Origin: Prorocentrum cordatum
Taxonomy: Eukaryota
Direction of reading: 5' to 3'
Assembly: GCA_963575745.1 (NCBI GenBank)
Contig: CAUYUJ010000205.1
Coordinates: 1 to 64,000 of the forward strand
DNA: 64,000 bases
Each line of letters begins with the position of its first letter. Position 1 is the first letter of the stretch. Positions 13,243 to 26,833 of this stretch are shown here, in pieces. The notes below the pieces were generated by a model that was given only the letters and a program-made list of their open reading frames with translations, searched no databases and had not been told where the DNA came from. A program made the position numbers and the translations under genes.

Positions 13243-14857
13243 TAACTCGTAGAGCTTCCCTTAGCTAGTTATAGCTGGAAGCTAAGAGTAAGTCCGGCGC
13301 GCTGGAGAGCTAGTTGGCTCAAAAAAAAAGAACTGAAGTTTTCACAACTTTTGGTCGGTTGAAAATTATGTTCTCGAAATTTGACAATTCGTTTGTGCTC
13401 TAGTATTTTTTCCCGTGATATTCGATCTTATTCCCGCTCGCCATCTTGATCTCAGCTCGATCGGGTAACTTTGAAGCCAAAAAGCACACTGGCGGGATCG
13501 CCGTTTCGAGTTATCTTGATACGCGTTGTCAGTATTTTGTACTTAACTCTAGCTAAACAACAACTACAGAGCTCGTAAGCACAGCTATCGCACTCAGAAC
13601 CATCAGGCGCGTTCGCCTGTTGAATCCATAGGTCTGAACTCGGTCTGCTAGCCGAGCTAGGTCTGCAAACCTATTCGTATTATTCGAGTGAACTTGATAC
13701 GCGTTGTCGTATTTTTCCTTTAACTCGAGCTGTAGGGCAGCTACAGTGCTGGTCAGCACGCCTATCGCACTCAGAATCATGAGGCGCGTTCGTCTGTTGA
13801 ATCCATAGGTCTTAACTCGGTCTCCCAGCTGAGCTAGGTCCGCAAACCTATTTGTATTATTCGAGTCAACTTGATACGCGTTGTCGGTATTTTCTACTTA
13901 ACTCGAGCTGTAGGGCTGCGACAGTGCTGGTAAGCACATCTATCGCACTCAGAATCACCAGGCGCGTTCGCCTGTTGAATCCATAGGTCTGAACTCGATC
14001 TGCTAGCCAAGCTAGGTCCGCAAACCTATTCGTATTATTCGAGTGAACTTCATACGCGTTGTTGGTATTTTGTACTTAATTCGAGCTGCAGGGCAGCTAC
14101 AGAGCTGATAAGCACACCTATCGCACCCAGAACTATTAGGCGCGTTCGCCTGTCGAATCTATAGGTCTGAACTCGGTCTGCTAGTCGAGCTAGGTCCGCA
14201 AACCTATTCGTATTATTGGGGTCATCTTGACAAACACTCGGTATTTTCTGTACTTAACTCGAGCTGTAGGCAGCTACAGAGCCTACAGTCACAGAAATCG
14301 ATTGAGAATTATCGGGCGCGTTTGTCCGTTGTATCGAGAGCTCTGAACTCCGCCTGCTGCCCGATCTAGGTTCGCGAAACTATTCCTATTGTCCGAATCA
14401 TCGCGAAAAGTGCTCTCAATTTTCTGCGCTGGAAGAGGGCTACAGTGCTGCGGGTCATAGAAATCGATTTGCACACATCGGGCGCGTTCGTTGGTCGATT
14501 CGAGAGCTCAGAACTTGGTCTGCTGCTCGAAACAGGTCTGCGAAACTATTATAAGATTCGAGTCATCCTGAGAGATGCTGTCGGTTTTCTGCACTTAACT
14601 CGGGCTGTAGGGGGGCTGCAGGGCTGGTAATCACATGAGTCGATTCGCAGACATCAGACGCGTCCGCCTGTCGCATTGAGAGGTCTGAACTCGGTCTGAT
14701 CAGACGCGTCCGCTTGTCGCATTCAGAGGTAAAAAAATATTCACTATGAGTCAGAACGTTGGTAGGTGCTCTCGGTTTTCTCAACTTAAGTCGAGCTTGG
14801 AAGCTCTACGAGTTCCCCGGCGGTAACCAAGGTTGACGGTTTACCGCCGGCGCCCAG
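13243..14857 (+). mobile_element. Family A element
   Basis: Flanks GACGGACC|TTTTGGTGAC rejoin to the A consensus. Confidence 0.85.
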
Positions 14858-16147
14858 TTTTGGTGACTTTTGGTCGGTTGAAAATTTTGTTCTCGAAATT
14901 TGACAATTCGTTAGAGCTCTAGTATTTTTTCCTGTGCTATTCGATCTTATTGCCGCTCGCTATCTTGATCTCAGCTCGATCGGGTATCTTTGAAGGCCAA
15001 AAAGCGTCCCGGCGGGAACGACCGTTTCGAGTCATCTTCATACGCGCTGTCGGTATTTTGTACTTAACTCGAGCTGCAGGACCAGCTACAGAGCTGGTAA
15101 GCACGCCTATCTCACTCAGAATCATCAGGCGCGTTCGCCTGTTGAACCCAGAGATCTGAACTCGATCTGCTAGCCGAGCTAGGTCCGCAAACCTATCCGT
15201 ATTATTCGAGTAAACTTCATACGCGTTGTCGGTATTTTGTACTTAACTCGAGCTGTAGGGCCGCTACAGTGCTGGTAAGCACAGCTATCGCGTTCAGAAT
15301 TATCATGCGCGTTCGCCTGTCGAATCCAGAGGTCTGGACTCGGTCTGCTAGCCGAGCTAGGTCCGCAAACCTATTCGTATTATTCGAGTCATCTTGATAG
15401 ACGCTCTCGGTTTTCTGTACTTAAGTCGAGCTGTAGGGCAGCTACATAGCTGGTAAGCACACCTATCGCATTCAGAATTATCACGCGCGTTCGTCTGTTG
15501 AATCCAGAGGACTGAAATCGGTCTGCTAGCCGAGCTAGGTCCGCAAACCTATTTGTATTATTCGAGTCATCTTGATAGACGCTCTCGGTTTCCTGTACTT
15601 AACTCGAGCTCTAGGGCAGTTGTGACAGAGATCGATGGGAAATCATCAGTCGCGTTCGTTTATTGAACGACGAGCTCTGAACTCGGCCTCCTGCCCGAGC
15701 TAGGTTCGCGAAACTATTCGTATTGTCCGAAGGATCTTACGTGCTCTCAATTTTCTGCAGCCAACTCGTGCTGCGGGAGAGCTACAGTACGCGGGTCTTT
15801 ACACATCAGACGCGTCTTTCGGTCGATTCCAGAGCCCGGAACTCGGTCTGCTGCTCGAACTAGGTTCGGGCTGTAGGGTGGCTCCATGGCTGGGAATCAC
15901 ATGAGTGGATTCGCAGACATCAGACGCGCCCGCCTGTCGCATTCAGAGGTCTGAACTCGGTTTGATACTCGAACTGGGTTGCGAAACTGTTTGTTTTTTT
16001 TTGATAGCGTTATCTTGAGAGCTCTGAAATCGCTTGGGCTTAAAAAATAGTCGTTCTTTGGAGTTTTTTTTCCACAGTATATATTGTCAGGAAGCTCTAC
16101 GAGTCCCCCGGCGGCAAGAAAGGTTGACGGTTTACCGCCGGCGCCCA

Positions 16148-17517
16148 TACCTCGTAGAGCTCTTCGGCATCGATGAGCTAGAGGAATTCCGGCGCGGGGT
16201 GGAGCTAGTAACTCGTAGAGCTTCCCTTAGCAAGTTATTAACTCGTAGAGCTTCCCTTAGCAAGTTATTTGCTGGAAAGCTTTAAGAGTAATTCGGAGCG
16301 CTGGAGAGCTAGTTGGCAAGAAAAATCTCGACGGACCTTTTGCTGACTTTTGGTCGGTTGAAAATTTGGTTCACAAAATTTGACCATTCGTTAGAGCTCT
16401 AGTATTTTCCCCATGATACTCGATCTTATTTCTGCTCGCCATCTTGATCTCAGCTCGATCGGGTAACTTTGAAGGCCAAAAAGCAGGCAGGCGGGAACAG
16501 CCATTTTGAGTCATCTTGATACGCGCTGTCGGTTTTCTTAAGATAACTCGAGCTTCAGGACAGCTACAGAGCTGGTCAGCACAGCTAATGCATTCAGAAT
16601 GATCAAGCGCGTTCGCCTGTTGAATCCAGAGGTCTGAAATCGGTCTGCTAGCCGAGCTAGGGTCGCAAACCTATTGGTATTGTTCGAGTTATCTTGAGAA
16701 GTGCTCTCGGTTTTCTGTACTTAAATCGTGCTGGGGGAGGGCTAGAGTGCTGCTAGTCACAGGAATCGAGTCCGAGACATCAGGCGCGTCCGTTCGTCGA
16801 ACCGAGAGCTCCGAACTCGGTCTGCTGCTCGAACGAGATCCGCGAAACTGTTGTATTATTCGAGTCATTCTGAGAGGTACTCTCGGTTTTCTGCACTTAA
16901 CTCAGGCTGTACTATGGTTTTTTTTTTTTTTAGGGGGCTGCAGAGCTGGTAATCACATGAATCGATCCGCAGACATGAGACGCGTCCGCCTGTCGCATTC
17001 AGAGGTCTCAACTCGGTTTCGTACTCGAGCTCGATTGGAAAACTGTTCGTTTATTTTGTTAGAGTCATCTTGAGAGGTCTATAATCGCTTGGGCTGAAAA
17101 AAAAGTCGTTCTCTGAAATTCTTTTACTCATTATATATTGTCAGGAAGCTCTACGAGTCTCCCGGCGGTAAGAAAGGTGACGGTTTTACGCGGCGCCCAG
17201 TTGGTCGACCCGGCCAGAAAGGACAAAGTGGTAACTTTTGGGTGGTTTTGCGATTTTTTGAAAGATATTTGACAATTAATTTTGAGAAAGCAGATTTTTC
17301 GCACCTGTAAACGACTATGAGCGCCTCTCTGTCTTAGTATGAGCTCTGTAGGCGCAGTTTTACTATCACAACACTTGGCGGAACCATCTTCATGTCGACA
17401 CGAAAAAAACAATTTTTCAGTTTTTCGAGAAATGCTTACTCCGAGCACTCTTACGCGTGAAATGAGCTCTACGAGGTTCCCGGCGGTGACCAGGTTGACG
17501 GTTCACCGCCGGCGCCA
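16148..17517 (+). mobile_element. Family B element containing nested family A sequence (to 17200)
   Basis: TACCTCGTAGAGCTC head, GAGCTCTACGAGGT tail; GGAGCTAG|TTGG rejoin across the insert. Confidence 0.75.
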
Positions 17518-20497
17518 TCGCGCTTTGCAGGGTCCCACGCAACGTCAACGGCGCCCCTGCAAGCGTCTTCTGCGAGGTTTCCAGCGTCCCGCGCATTGTT
17601 TCAGGCGGCCTGGCAGAGGTCCCCGTGCGGCATTCCGCGCTTGGCTTCGCTATCCGGGTTTTGGACGCTTACAAGTTCTTCCACTAGGCAGATCTTCCTC
17701 TCGCGCTTTGCAGGGCCCCACGCATAGTAACCGGCGCCCCTGCAAGCGTCTCCTGCGAGGTTTCCAGCGTCCCGCGCATCGTTTCAGGCGGCCTGGCAGA
17801 GGTCCCTGTGCGGCGTTCCGCGCTTGGCTTTGTTATCCGGGTTTTGGACGCTTACAAGTTTCCCGGAGAGCTCGCTGAGAGCGTTTAAGATTAGAAGCCG
17901 GACGGTGGTGGTGCCCGCCAGAAGCTCCTCCACGGCGGTCCACGTTCCCCGCAGCGACTCGCCTGAACCGGCAACGGGTCCGGGAGAGCCTCCGGCAAGC
18001 TTCCACGCGTGCCTGCACGCGCGGAGGCACGCATGGAGGCGTTTCGGCCAGCGCTTCGGAAGCTCTGCTGGGGAGCTTCCCAGAGATCCCCAGCACAGGT
18101 TTCCCGTAACTCGTAGAGCTTCTCTTAGCAAGTTATTGCTGGAAGCTAAGAATAATTCCGGCGCGCCCCACAGCTAGTTGGCTCGATTTTTTAGTTTTTA
18201 GCTTATTTCTGTTAGTTTTTTTTCTTTTCTTTCTTCTTTTTTTATTCGTTTAGCCCTTGTTTTATTCTTTTTTTTTTAGTTTTTAGTTTTTCAGTGATAG
18301 TTTTTTTATTTTTTTTCTTTTTTTTTTTTCTTTCTACTAGGTTTTCTAGTCTTTATTCTTTTTTTATAGTCTTGTGTTAGTCCTTTTTTCTTTCTTGTGT
18401 TATTTCTTTAGATTTTTTTCTTTTTTTTTTATCTGTTTAGTTGTGTTTCATTTTTTTTCTTTTAATTACTGTGTTTTATTCTTTTTTTTGTTTTAGTTTT
18501 TTTATTGTTTCTTTTTTAGACTAGTACTCTTTTTTTTTTTTCTTTAGTATTTAGTTGGCTCGAAAAATAACTCGTAGAGCTTCCCTTAGCTAGTTTCAGC
18601 TGGAAGCTAAGAGTAATTCCGGCGCGCCGGATAGCTAGTTGGCTTGAAAAAAAAGAACTCAACTTTTCACAATTTTTGGTCGGTTGAAAATTATGTTCTC
18701 AAAATTTGAACATTCGTTAGAGCTCTAGTATTTTTTCCCGTGATATTCGATCTTATTCCCGCTCGCCATCTTGATCCCAGCTCGATCGGATACCTTTTAC
18801 TGCGAAAAACCACACTGGCGGGATCGGCCGTTTTGAGTCATCTTGATACACGTTGTCGCTATTTTGTACTTAACTCAGTAGGACAGCTACAGAGTTGGTA
18901 AGCACAGCTATGGCACTCAGAATCATGAGCCGCGTTCGTCTGTTGAATCCACAGGTCTGAACTCTGTCTGCTAGCCGAGCTAGGTCTGCAAACCTATTCG
19001 TATTATTCGAGTCAACTTGATACGCATTTCGGTATTTTATACTTAACTCGAGCTGTAGGGCAGCTACAGTGTTGCTAAGCACACCTATCGCACTCAGAAT
19101 CATCAGGCGCGTTCTTCTGTTGAATCCACAAGTCTGAACTCGGTCTGCTAGCCAAGCTAGGTCCGCAAATCTATTCGTATTCGAGTGAACTTGATGCGCG
19201 TTGTTCTACTTAACTCGAGCTGTAGGGCAGCTACAGTGTTAGTAAGCACACCTATCGCACTCAGAATCATCAGGCGCGTTCTTCTGTTGAATCCATAGGT
19301 CTGAAGTCGGTCTGCTAGCCGAGCGAGATGCGCAAACCTATTCTTATTATTCGAGTCAACTTGATACGCGTGGTGGCTATTTTGTACTCCATTCGAGCTG
19401 CAGGGCAGCTACAGTGCTGGTAAGCACACCTATCGCACTCAGAATCATCAGGCGCGTTCGCCGCTTGACTCCAGAGGTCTAAGCTCGGTCCGCTAGCCGA
19501 GCTAGGTCCGCAAATCTATTCGTAGTATTCGAGCCATCTTGACAAACGCTCTCGGTATTTTTACAGTGCTGCGGGTCATACAAATCGATTTGCACACATC
19601 AGGCGCGTTCGTTGGTCGATTCGAGAGCTCAGAACTTGGTCTGCTGCTCGAAACAGGTCTGCGAAACTATTATATTTTTCGAGTCATCCTGAGAGATGCT
19701 CTCGGTGTTCTGCACTTAACTCGGGCTGTAGGGGGGCTGCAGGGCTTGTAATCACATGAGTCGATTCGCAGACATCAGACGCGCGCGCCTGTCGCATTGA
19801 GAGGTCTGAACTCGGTCTGATCAGACGCGTCCGCTTGTCGCATTCAGAGGTCAAAAAATATTCACTATGAGTCAGAATGTTGGTTGGTGCTCTCGGTTTT
19901 CAACTTTTGTCGAGCTTGGAAGCTCTACGAGTTCCCCGGCAGTAACCCCTGGCTCAAGCTCTACGAGTCTCCCGGCGGTAACCAGGGTTGAGGAAGCGGA
20001 GTTTACCTCCCGCTCTCCCTCGGCCTTGTCCCGTCGGGGGGCTCACTCGAGCTGCGTCGTGCAGTCAGGCAGCCTGCCCCTGGCCCGCCGCGCGGGGGGC
20101 GCGTGGCGATCGGGCCACTTCGGCGACGCCTGCACTTGTTTGCGGCATTGTTTGCACTTGTTTGCGAGCAGGCCGCCTGCACTTGTTTGCGGCATTTTGC
20201 CGCGTCGAGCTGGACTGGACGAGCCAGAGTCAATCGATCGATTTGGACCGCTGGGGAGCCAACTTCGGACATTGGGAGTGGGAGTATCTTGCCAGACAGG
20301 TTGGTAGAGCTCGACACGACGATAAGGATTCTCTAGTCGACATACCATCTGGGCCACCTGATCTCTCTCCCACTTTACCTCACCATCCTGTTGCCCCATA
20401 TAACTTTCATCAGGTGAGTGCACATCTCAAACGTACTCGAGAAGATCGATCGTTCTGTGCGAAGTGGAATATCCCTTGTAATATCTCAGACGGCAAG

Positions 20498-21546
20498 ATG
20501 GCTGCCTCATCAGCTGCTGCGGTCCCCGAGGTTTTCGCTATGGACGCCACTGATATGCCCGTTCCAGGAGCCAAGGAGGAGGAGGTCCCAGAGGGAAAAC
20601 GGGTCAAACTTCAGACGGTTGAAGGCCTCGAGGAGGCCATGACAAAGGGGATGGACAAGATCACGACGCTTGTTGCATCTCTGGGAGGTAAGATGACGGA
20701 GGGCTTCTAATCAACACATCGAAGCATCACGGATCTCGGCACCCAGCTCAATGCTCGTGTTGATTCGGTGGAGAAAAATGTACAGCAGGCGATGACGGAC
20801 ATAGATGCTATTACTAAGAAGGTTGAGGATCAGAGGCTCCAGATAATCCAGCTCCAGCAGGCTCCTGCAGGTGGGGCCCCCAGAGCAGGCACCTCTACGA
20901 CAGCGTCCTCGGCAGAAACTCGGCAGTCAGTGCAGAATTTCACCCCATCGTTCGTCGAGCTCAAAGGATGGGTGACGGACTGGAGGGATGCAGAGAAGCG
21001 TCAGGAGGAGATGTTATCACAGCAGGCGTTGAATTCACTGCTGAATGAGGTCCTGGCTGGAGAATGGTTCAGTGGTGTGAAGGAGTTTCTGGACCTGAAC
21101 CAATCCAAGAGGTTCAACACAGGTAGAGAGGCGTGGGGGTATTCGCGTGCTCGGCTCTATTTCCAGAATGGGGTTACCAGTGACCAGCTGTGTGATCTTC
21201 GTCGTCGACTCGTTGCCGCGATCGCCGACAACAAACTCCAGCACGCTCCCAGGGCCCTCAAGGTCCACGTGGAGCCCCCCCCCCCTGGAAGAAGCCCCAT
21301 CTGGATGCCGCTGGGATCTTGCAGGCCAAGTTCAAGAGTTTCAAGAAGCATCATTCGAATCTCAGGGCTGAGACGGGACCACCGATTACGTTCATGTGGG
21401 GCTCCAGTGACCACTTACCACCTCCAGGGAAGATTGTGGCCAAGTTCTCTCTGCAGAACGGCTGGGAGATCACTCGTGCAATGAATCAGCTTGAGCCAGG
21501 GATCAACATTGATGAGTTGCGAGCGAGGATTTCCAGTACGAACTAG
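20498..21546 (+). pseudogene. LINE ORF1 (coiled-coil-like N-terminus)
   Basis: MAASSAAAV... continues across a TAA at 20708-20710 and a frameshift in the C-run near 21280; heptad-like LEEAMTKGMDKITTLV...IDAITKKVEDQ; lies directly upstream of ORF2. Confidence 0.65.
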
Positions 21547-21576
21547 AGGTGCCACGACACCATTGCGTCAGGGAAT

Positions 21577-24500
21577 GTGCGTCGGGCAGGTGCAGAGAAC
21601 GGCCATGACATAATTAATTCACTACGTCGTTTAGATGTGGGACTCGCGGGGTTGTGCGAGTGTCAGTTCCTTTCAGTTCGTGATCTCAGCATGCGAGGTT
21701 ACACAATTTTTCGGAGTACTTGTCGGAAGGCTGCGGTGATTATGTCTAAGTCTTGGAGAGACTCGCTCAGAGCCACATATCGTGGCAAAGGTGTTGTCAT
21801 TTGTAGTTATTCTAGTGTTACGGTTATTGTTGCATATATGCCACATGAGAGTATCAATGCCCTTACGGAAGAACAGTATGAGCATGATGTGTATGAACAG
21901 ATATTGTTTGATATATCCCGAGTGCTTCGCACACATAGGTCTAAGTTCCCGAAGCAGCCGCAGGACCTGGTCTTCTTGACAGATGCTAACGTCGAACTCG
22001 AGCCAGATTCGGAGGTCAACGGCGTTAGAGTTACTGGATCAGGGCTTCTGGAGGCGTCTGGGATTGCTGGGGAGTCTACGGAGATTGATACTGGGATGGA
22101 GGAGGGAGCGGATGACGGCAACCCGTATATGACTCAAACAAAACGTGGTGCACGCAAAGCCAAACCTCATAGGCTTGTCTCGGGCTTCGAAATTCGACGG
22201 GCGTCTAGGTTGCAATCGATGAGGAGGGCCCTACTGGACTTCTGCGGGCTCTGGGGCATCAGGATGGAGAACACATTCGGGCAGAGGAGGGTTACTTTCA
22301 AATCAGGTACGGGGGTGAGAAGGTGCTCGACTATGTTGGTGTCAGCCGTCGTTTACACAGGCAGGAGCTCACCGTTGGCTGGATGCTGACTTCGGAAGTC
22401 GGCCACGCCTGGACGGAGCACCCTTGCAGCAGATACGAGCGTGCGCTGTCTGACCACGCCTGCATAGTTGTTCGCTTGTCTTGTGCACCGTCTGCGAAGA
22501 GACGGAACCAGCCTGCTCGAAAATTCATCCACTTGCAACCGGTGTCACAGCTGGAGTTTGCGAAGAACATGGACGATCGGGGCAGTCGTTACCGTGCTCT
22601 GTGCCAGGAATATGCTGACCCAGAGGATCGACAGGAGATGTTGGATACGCTGGGACCTGACCTCATAAAGGCCGCCGAGGAGACCCCCCAGAAAGATATC
22701 AATCCCAGGAATAATGTGCCAAAGAAATCCGAAATCCACTGGGCCGCCCAGGCAAGTAAACGTGAAGCTCTTCGTCGGGGGGATAGAGAGGAGGCTAAAC
22801 GGTGCTCAAAGATTGTGAGGAGAGAAAGAAGGAGGCTAGAGGCAAGAGTACAGAGGTGGAGGACGGAAATGAACACGAGGAGGAGGAGGAGGGCCAAGAC
22901 GGAGACGTTGATCCTGGCCAACGGGATGGAGTCTCAGAACCGCGAGGAGTGGGGGGACGAGATATTGGGGCACATGAAGTCTAAGGTGGAGGACCCCGAG
23001 GCCAGAGAGGTGACCCTGCGTGAGCTTCAGTCGCTGCGTGGTCTATGTTCGGGAAGCGGATCCTCAGAGGTGTTCTCGATGTCGCTCCTGCTGCGGGCGA
23101 GGGCGACGCTGTCCACGGGAAAGGCCCCAGGTCCCGACAACGTGACTGTCACGATGTTGAAACAGCTCTCGTGGGCATCTGTGCGACGTGTTCTGGTGAG
23201 CTTCCAAGGTGTGTATTCCAGAAGGTTATGTTGTCCCAACAGTTGGCGTCAACTAGCTGCCGCACTCATGCCAAAAGAAATGGACATACAACATTTGACA
23301 GATACACGTATGCTATGTCTACAGTCGTGTCTTATGTAATGGTACATGACATGTATTGTGATGTTGATTGAGAAGAGGATTGAGGAGCACCGACACTATG
23401 TATGCCTGTACGGATTCAGATCGGGACGCAAAACATCGGAAATCACAGCGTTGCCAAGAGGCTCAGCCAGCACTCCGCTGTCTGGGGCAAAGGAGACAGT
23501 TTGTGGCTTGCCAATCTTGATATCTTACAAGCTTTCGATAATGTTACTCCGTGCCTCGCCATGCGCTGTCTTCGTGCTCTTGACATACCTGCTGATCTCA
23601 TAGTGGCGTTGATTGAACCCATGATGGATAATCAGTGCGTGGCCAGCTTCGAGGGCATCGAGGCATCGTCAGCGGTCTATTGGGACAAATCTATTCGAAC
23701 GGGAGGAGTAGAGGGACCTATGATTTTCTGGCAGTTTCTATTGTACTCTGGAGAGATGTTATCGACAGATGGAGGCAAGAAACGCAGTACGGCATCAAAT
23801 TGGAAAATGATGAGCGCATGTTCAATGGTGAGCGTATGACCCACAGTTTCTGGGCAGATAATCTTTTGTTGTATGCGAAGACCCGCACTGACCTTGAGTT
23901 GATGGTGCGTGACATGAGTATCCCCCTGATGAATGCAGGAATGACCTGGAAGCCGAAATCTTTGATGTATATTTACTTTGGTGCGCCGCCTGGCATCCCG
24001 CCGTCCCCTGAGCAGGATATCCGTGTGCTGGTGCCGTCTAGTGACGCCGCTCTTGGGACCCGAGAAGTGGTCCTACCGCGTGTTCAAGCGTTTGAGATCC
24101 TGGGAGCCACTCTGGAGGAGACCTGGAAGGACCACTCGGACTCAGAGGCCATGCTCCAGAAAGCCCAGAGGATGTTCTTTGGGGAAATCGCGTATTACCG
24201 CTGTTCTGGGATTGACTTGGCTGAAAGATTTACTCGCTATCAAGCTAAAGTGATTGCTGCATTATTATTCAACTGTGAGGGCAGAACGCCCGACTATTCT
24301 ACCATTGCTGCTGTTCACTATTTTGAAGGCAGATGTCTAGCTATAATGTCAGGTATACGCAAGCGGAGAACTGAAGGCTGGTCTGAGTTTCAACGTAGGC
24401 GATACAAAGCGGGACGACAGAGTTTTGCTGGACTTGGATTCCGAAGTGCGGTGCAGATATGGATATTTCGTTGTTGGGATTGGGCTAAGGATGTCTCAGT

Positions 24501-25717
24501 TGCTGCAAGTATTCGTATGAGGAGATACACAACACACACAGAGGAGGAGGAGGGAGAGACGGTACCAAATCGGCGTCAGAGGAAAACTCGGGCGATGGCG
24601 GCGGCGGCGACTTCTCAAACATATCATGTATCTCAGATATCCCAGATGTCGAGTGGCTGTCGCCGGCGTACACCAGATGATCAGCCTGCCATACCTGAGG
24701 AGTCGGACATGTCACGTGAATGGATGATATCTAGGCTGGCCATGTTACATGGAAGGGGGAAGTGGACGGAACATCGTGACACATGTATTCTAGCAATGCC
24801 TGTAAAAGATAGGAAGCAGCTGACACGCATGAACATAGGCGGCCGCCCCCGTGGACATACTGCGTGGGACTGGTGCTTGTGCGATCTCTTTGGTTGTGAG
24901 TGGTACCTCTCATTCGACAGTTCCGCTGGGTCCCGTGAGAAATACTGCAAGCATTTGCTGACTGTGATTGGTATGCAACACTTGTTCGACTTGTTTGTTC
25001 TACCCAGGCCGCCTGGTGTGAGACATGTGAAGGCAGAGGAGGAGGAGGAGAGTGAGATGAATGAGAGGATGAGCAAACGTATTGCCGCAAATTTTGAGAA
25101 TGAAACGGAGTGGAGGTGTGAGAATATTGAGCGTCTTGGGATGGAGATCTTGGGAGATAGTAAGACTGTTGTAAACTGGATGTGTGGTGAGTGGCAGATT
25201 CGCAACAAGCAGTATGTACGACTGGTGGGAACACTACAAAATACGGTATCGATGCTGTCTGGATGGGGACTGACCTCACCTGCATCGGGACAGAATCTGT
25301 ATAAGCATTTCTTTCGTGAGGGTAATGAGCGTGCGGATAAATTGTCGTGGGAGGCCAGAGGTGGCCAAACTATTACTCGCTGGTTTGCATATGATAAGTT
25401 CCTCAGTACTCGTAAGACTGCTCTCCGTGGTGCATTCGATGGGGGTGTCAGTAATGAAGGATGTGGAGGTGGGTGGTGGCTTCAGATTGGCGTTGTAGGT
25501 AGGGGTTCCAGCGTGCAGGTTGATTTTCCCATCTCCTCCTCCTCCTCCCTCCTCTTCCTCCTGCACCAGCTCGCACAGCTTCCATTGGCACGATGTGGCC
25601 GAGGAGGCGATGAGCTTGCCTCCTGGTAGCACGGTAACCTGCTGTGAACTAGCTGCCTGCGCTGCCCTGACGAGAGCTGCTGCTAAGGTGGCGTGCGCTC
25701 TGCTACGACCTACCTAA
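21577..25717 (+). pseudogene. LINE ORF2: APE endonuclease, reverse transcriptase, RNase H-like domain
   Basis: APE: GLCE, TDAN, ENTF, LDYV, SDH. RT: KAPGPD, YGFR, LDILQAFDNV, IRTGGVEGP, WADN. RNase H: GDS, HFFREGNERAD, FDGG. Several frameshifts and a stop at 23337-23339. Confidence 0.9.
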
Positions 25718-26833
25718 GATGGTGGGGGCTCAGTTGCACTGCTCCGCCGATTCGGATTCGGATTCTAGTGGCGGACCGCAAACCGCAAAAAAACCACGGT
25801 TGACGGTTTACCGCCGGCGCCCAGCTTCGACGGAACTTTTGACAACTTTTGCTCGGTTGAAAATTTCGTTCTCAAAATTTGATAATTCGTTTGAGCTCTA
25901 GTATTTTTTCCCTTGATATTCGGTCTTATTCCCGCTCGCCATCTTGATCTCAGCTCGATCGGGTGAATATTACTATCGAAAAGCACTGTTGCGGGATCGG
26001 CCGTTTTGAGTCATCTTGATATGCGCTGACGGTTTTCTGAACATAACTCGAGCTCTAGGGCAGCTACAGAGCTGGTAAGCACAGCTAATGCATGCAGAAT
26101 GATCAGGCGCGTTCGCCTGTTGAATCCAGAGGTCTGAACTCGGTCTGCTAGCCGAGCTAGGGCCACAAACCTGTTCGTATTATTCGAGTGATCTTGACAG
26201 AAACTCTCGATTTTCTGCACTTACCTCGAGCTGTAGGACAGCTACAGAGCTGAAATTTAGGCACCAATTCAGAATCATCAGTTGCGTTTGTCTGTCGACT
26301 CCAGAGCTCTGAACTCGGCCTGCTGCCCGATCTAGAATCGCGAAACTATTCGTATCGTTCGAGTCGCTTGCGAGATAATGTCGGTTATCTGGACTTATCT
26401 CGGGCTGTAGGGGGGCTGCATGGCTGTTCGTTACTGGAATCGATTTGAAGACATCAGGCGCGTCCGCCTGTCGAATTCAGAGCTCTGAACTCTGTCTGCT
26501 GCCCGAACTAGTTCCGCGAAACTATTCCTATTGTTCGAGTCATCCTGAGAGATGCTGTCGGTGTTCTGCACTTAACTCGGGCTGTAGGGGGGCTGCAGGG
26601 CTGGTAATGACAGGAGTCGATTCGCAGACATCAGACGCGTCCGTCTGTCGCATTCAGAGGTCAAAAACTATTCACTATGCGTCAGATTGTTGGTAAGTGC
26701 TGTCTGTTTTCTTAACTTAAGTCGAGTTAGGAAGCTCTACGAGTCCCCCGGCGGTAACCAAGGTTGACGGTTTACCGCCGGCGCCCAGTTCCCAAAGGGT
26801 TTCTTCGCTCTCCGGGTTTTGGACGCTACCAAG

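Larger units (their letters stand above)
19950..25791 (+). mobile_element. Apparently full-length non-LTR retrotransposon (ORF1; APE-RT-RNase H), mildly decayed
   Basis: Two ORFs with APE, RT and RNase H motifs; 3' tail ACCGCAA-ACCGCAAAAAAA; clean boundaries inside a hairpin. Confidence 0.9.
18568..25824 (+). mobile_element. Family A element whose 3' hairpin is split by a LINE
   Basis: Head at 18568; left hairpin arm near 19936-19945; loop, right arm and CCCAG end at 25792-25824. Confidence 0.8.

Noticed and set aside
13314..13324. TTGGCTCAA as another spliced-leader relic
   Set aside because: It is a variant of the family A head motif TTGGCTCGAAA.
18185..18552. T-rich tracts (also 3345-3460, 3650-3720, 6985-7170) as poly(A) retro-tails or regulatory DNA
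   Set aside because: They are irregular and replace or duplicate expected repeat sequence, so are more likely low-quality read or assembly segments.
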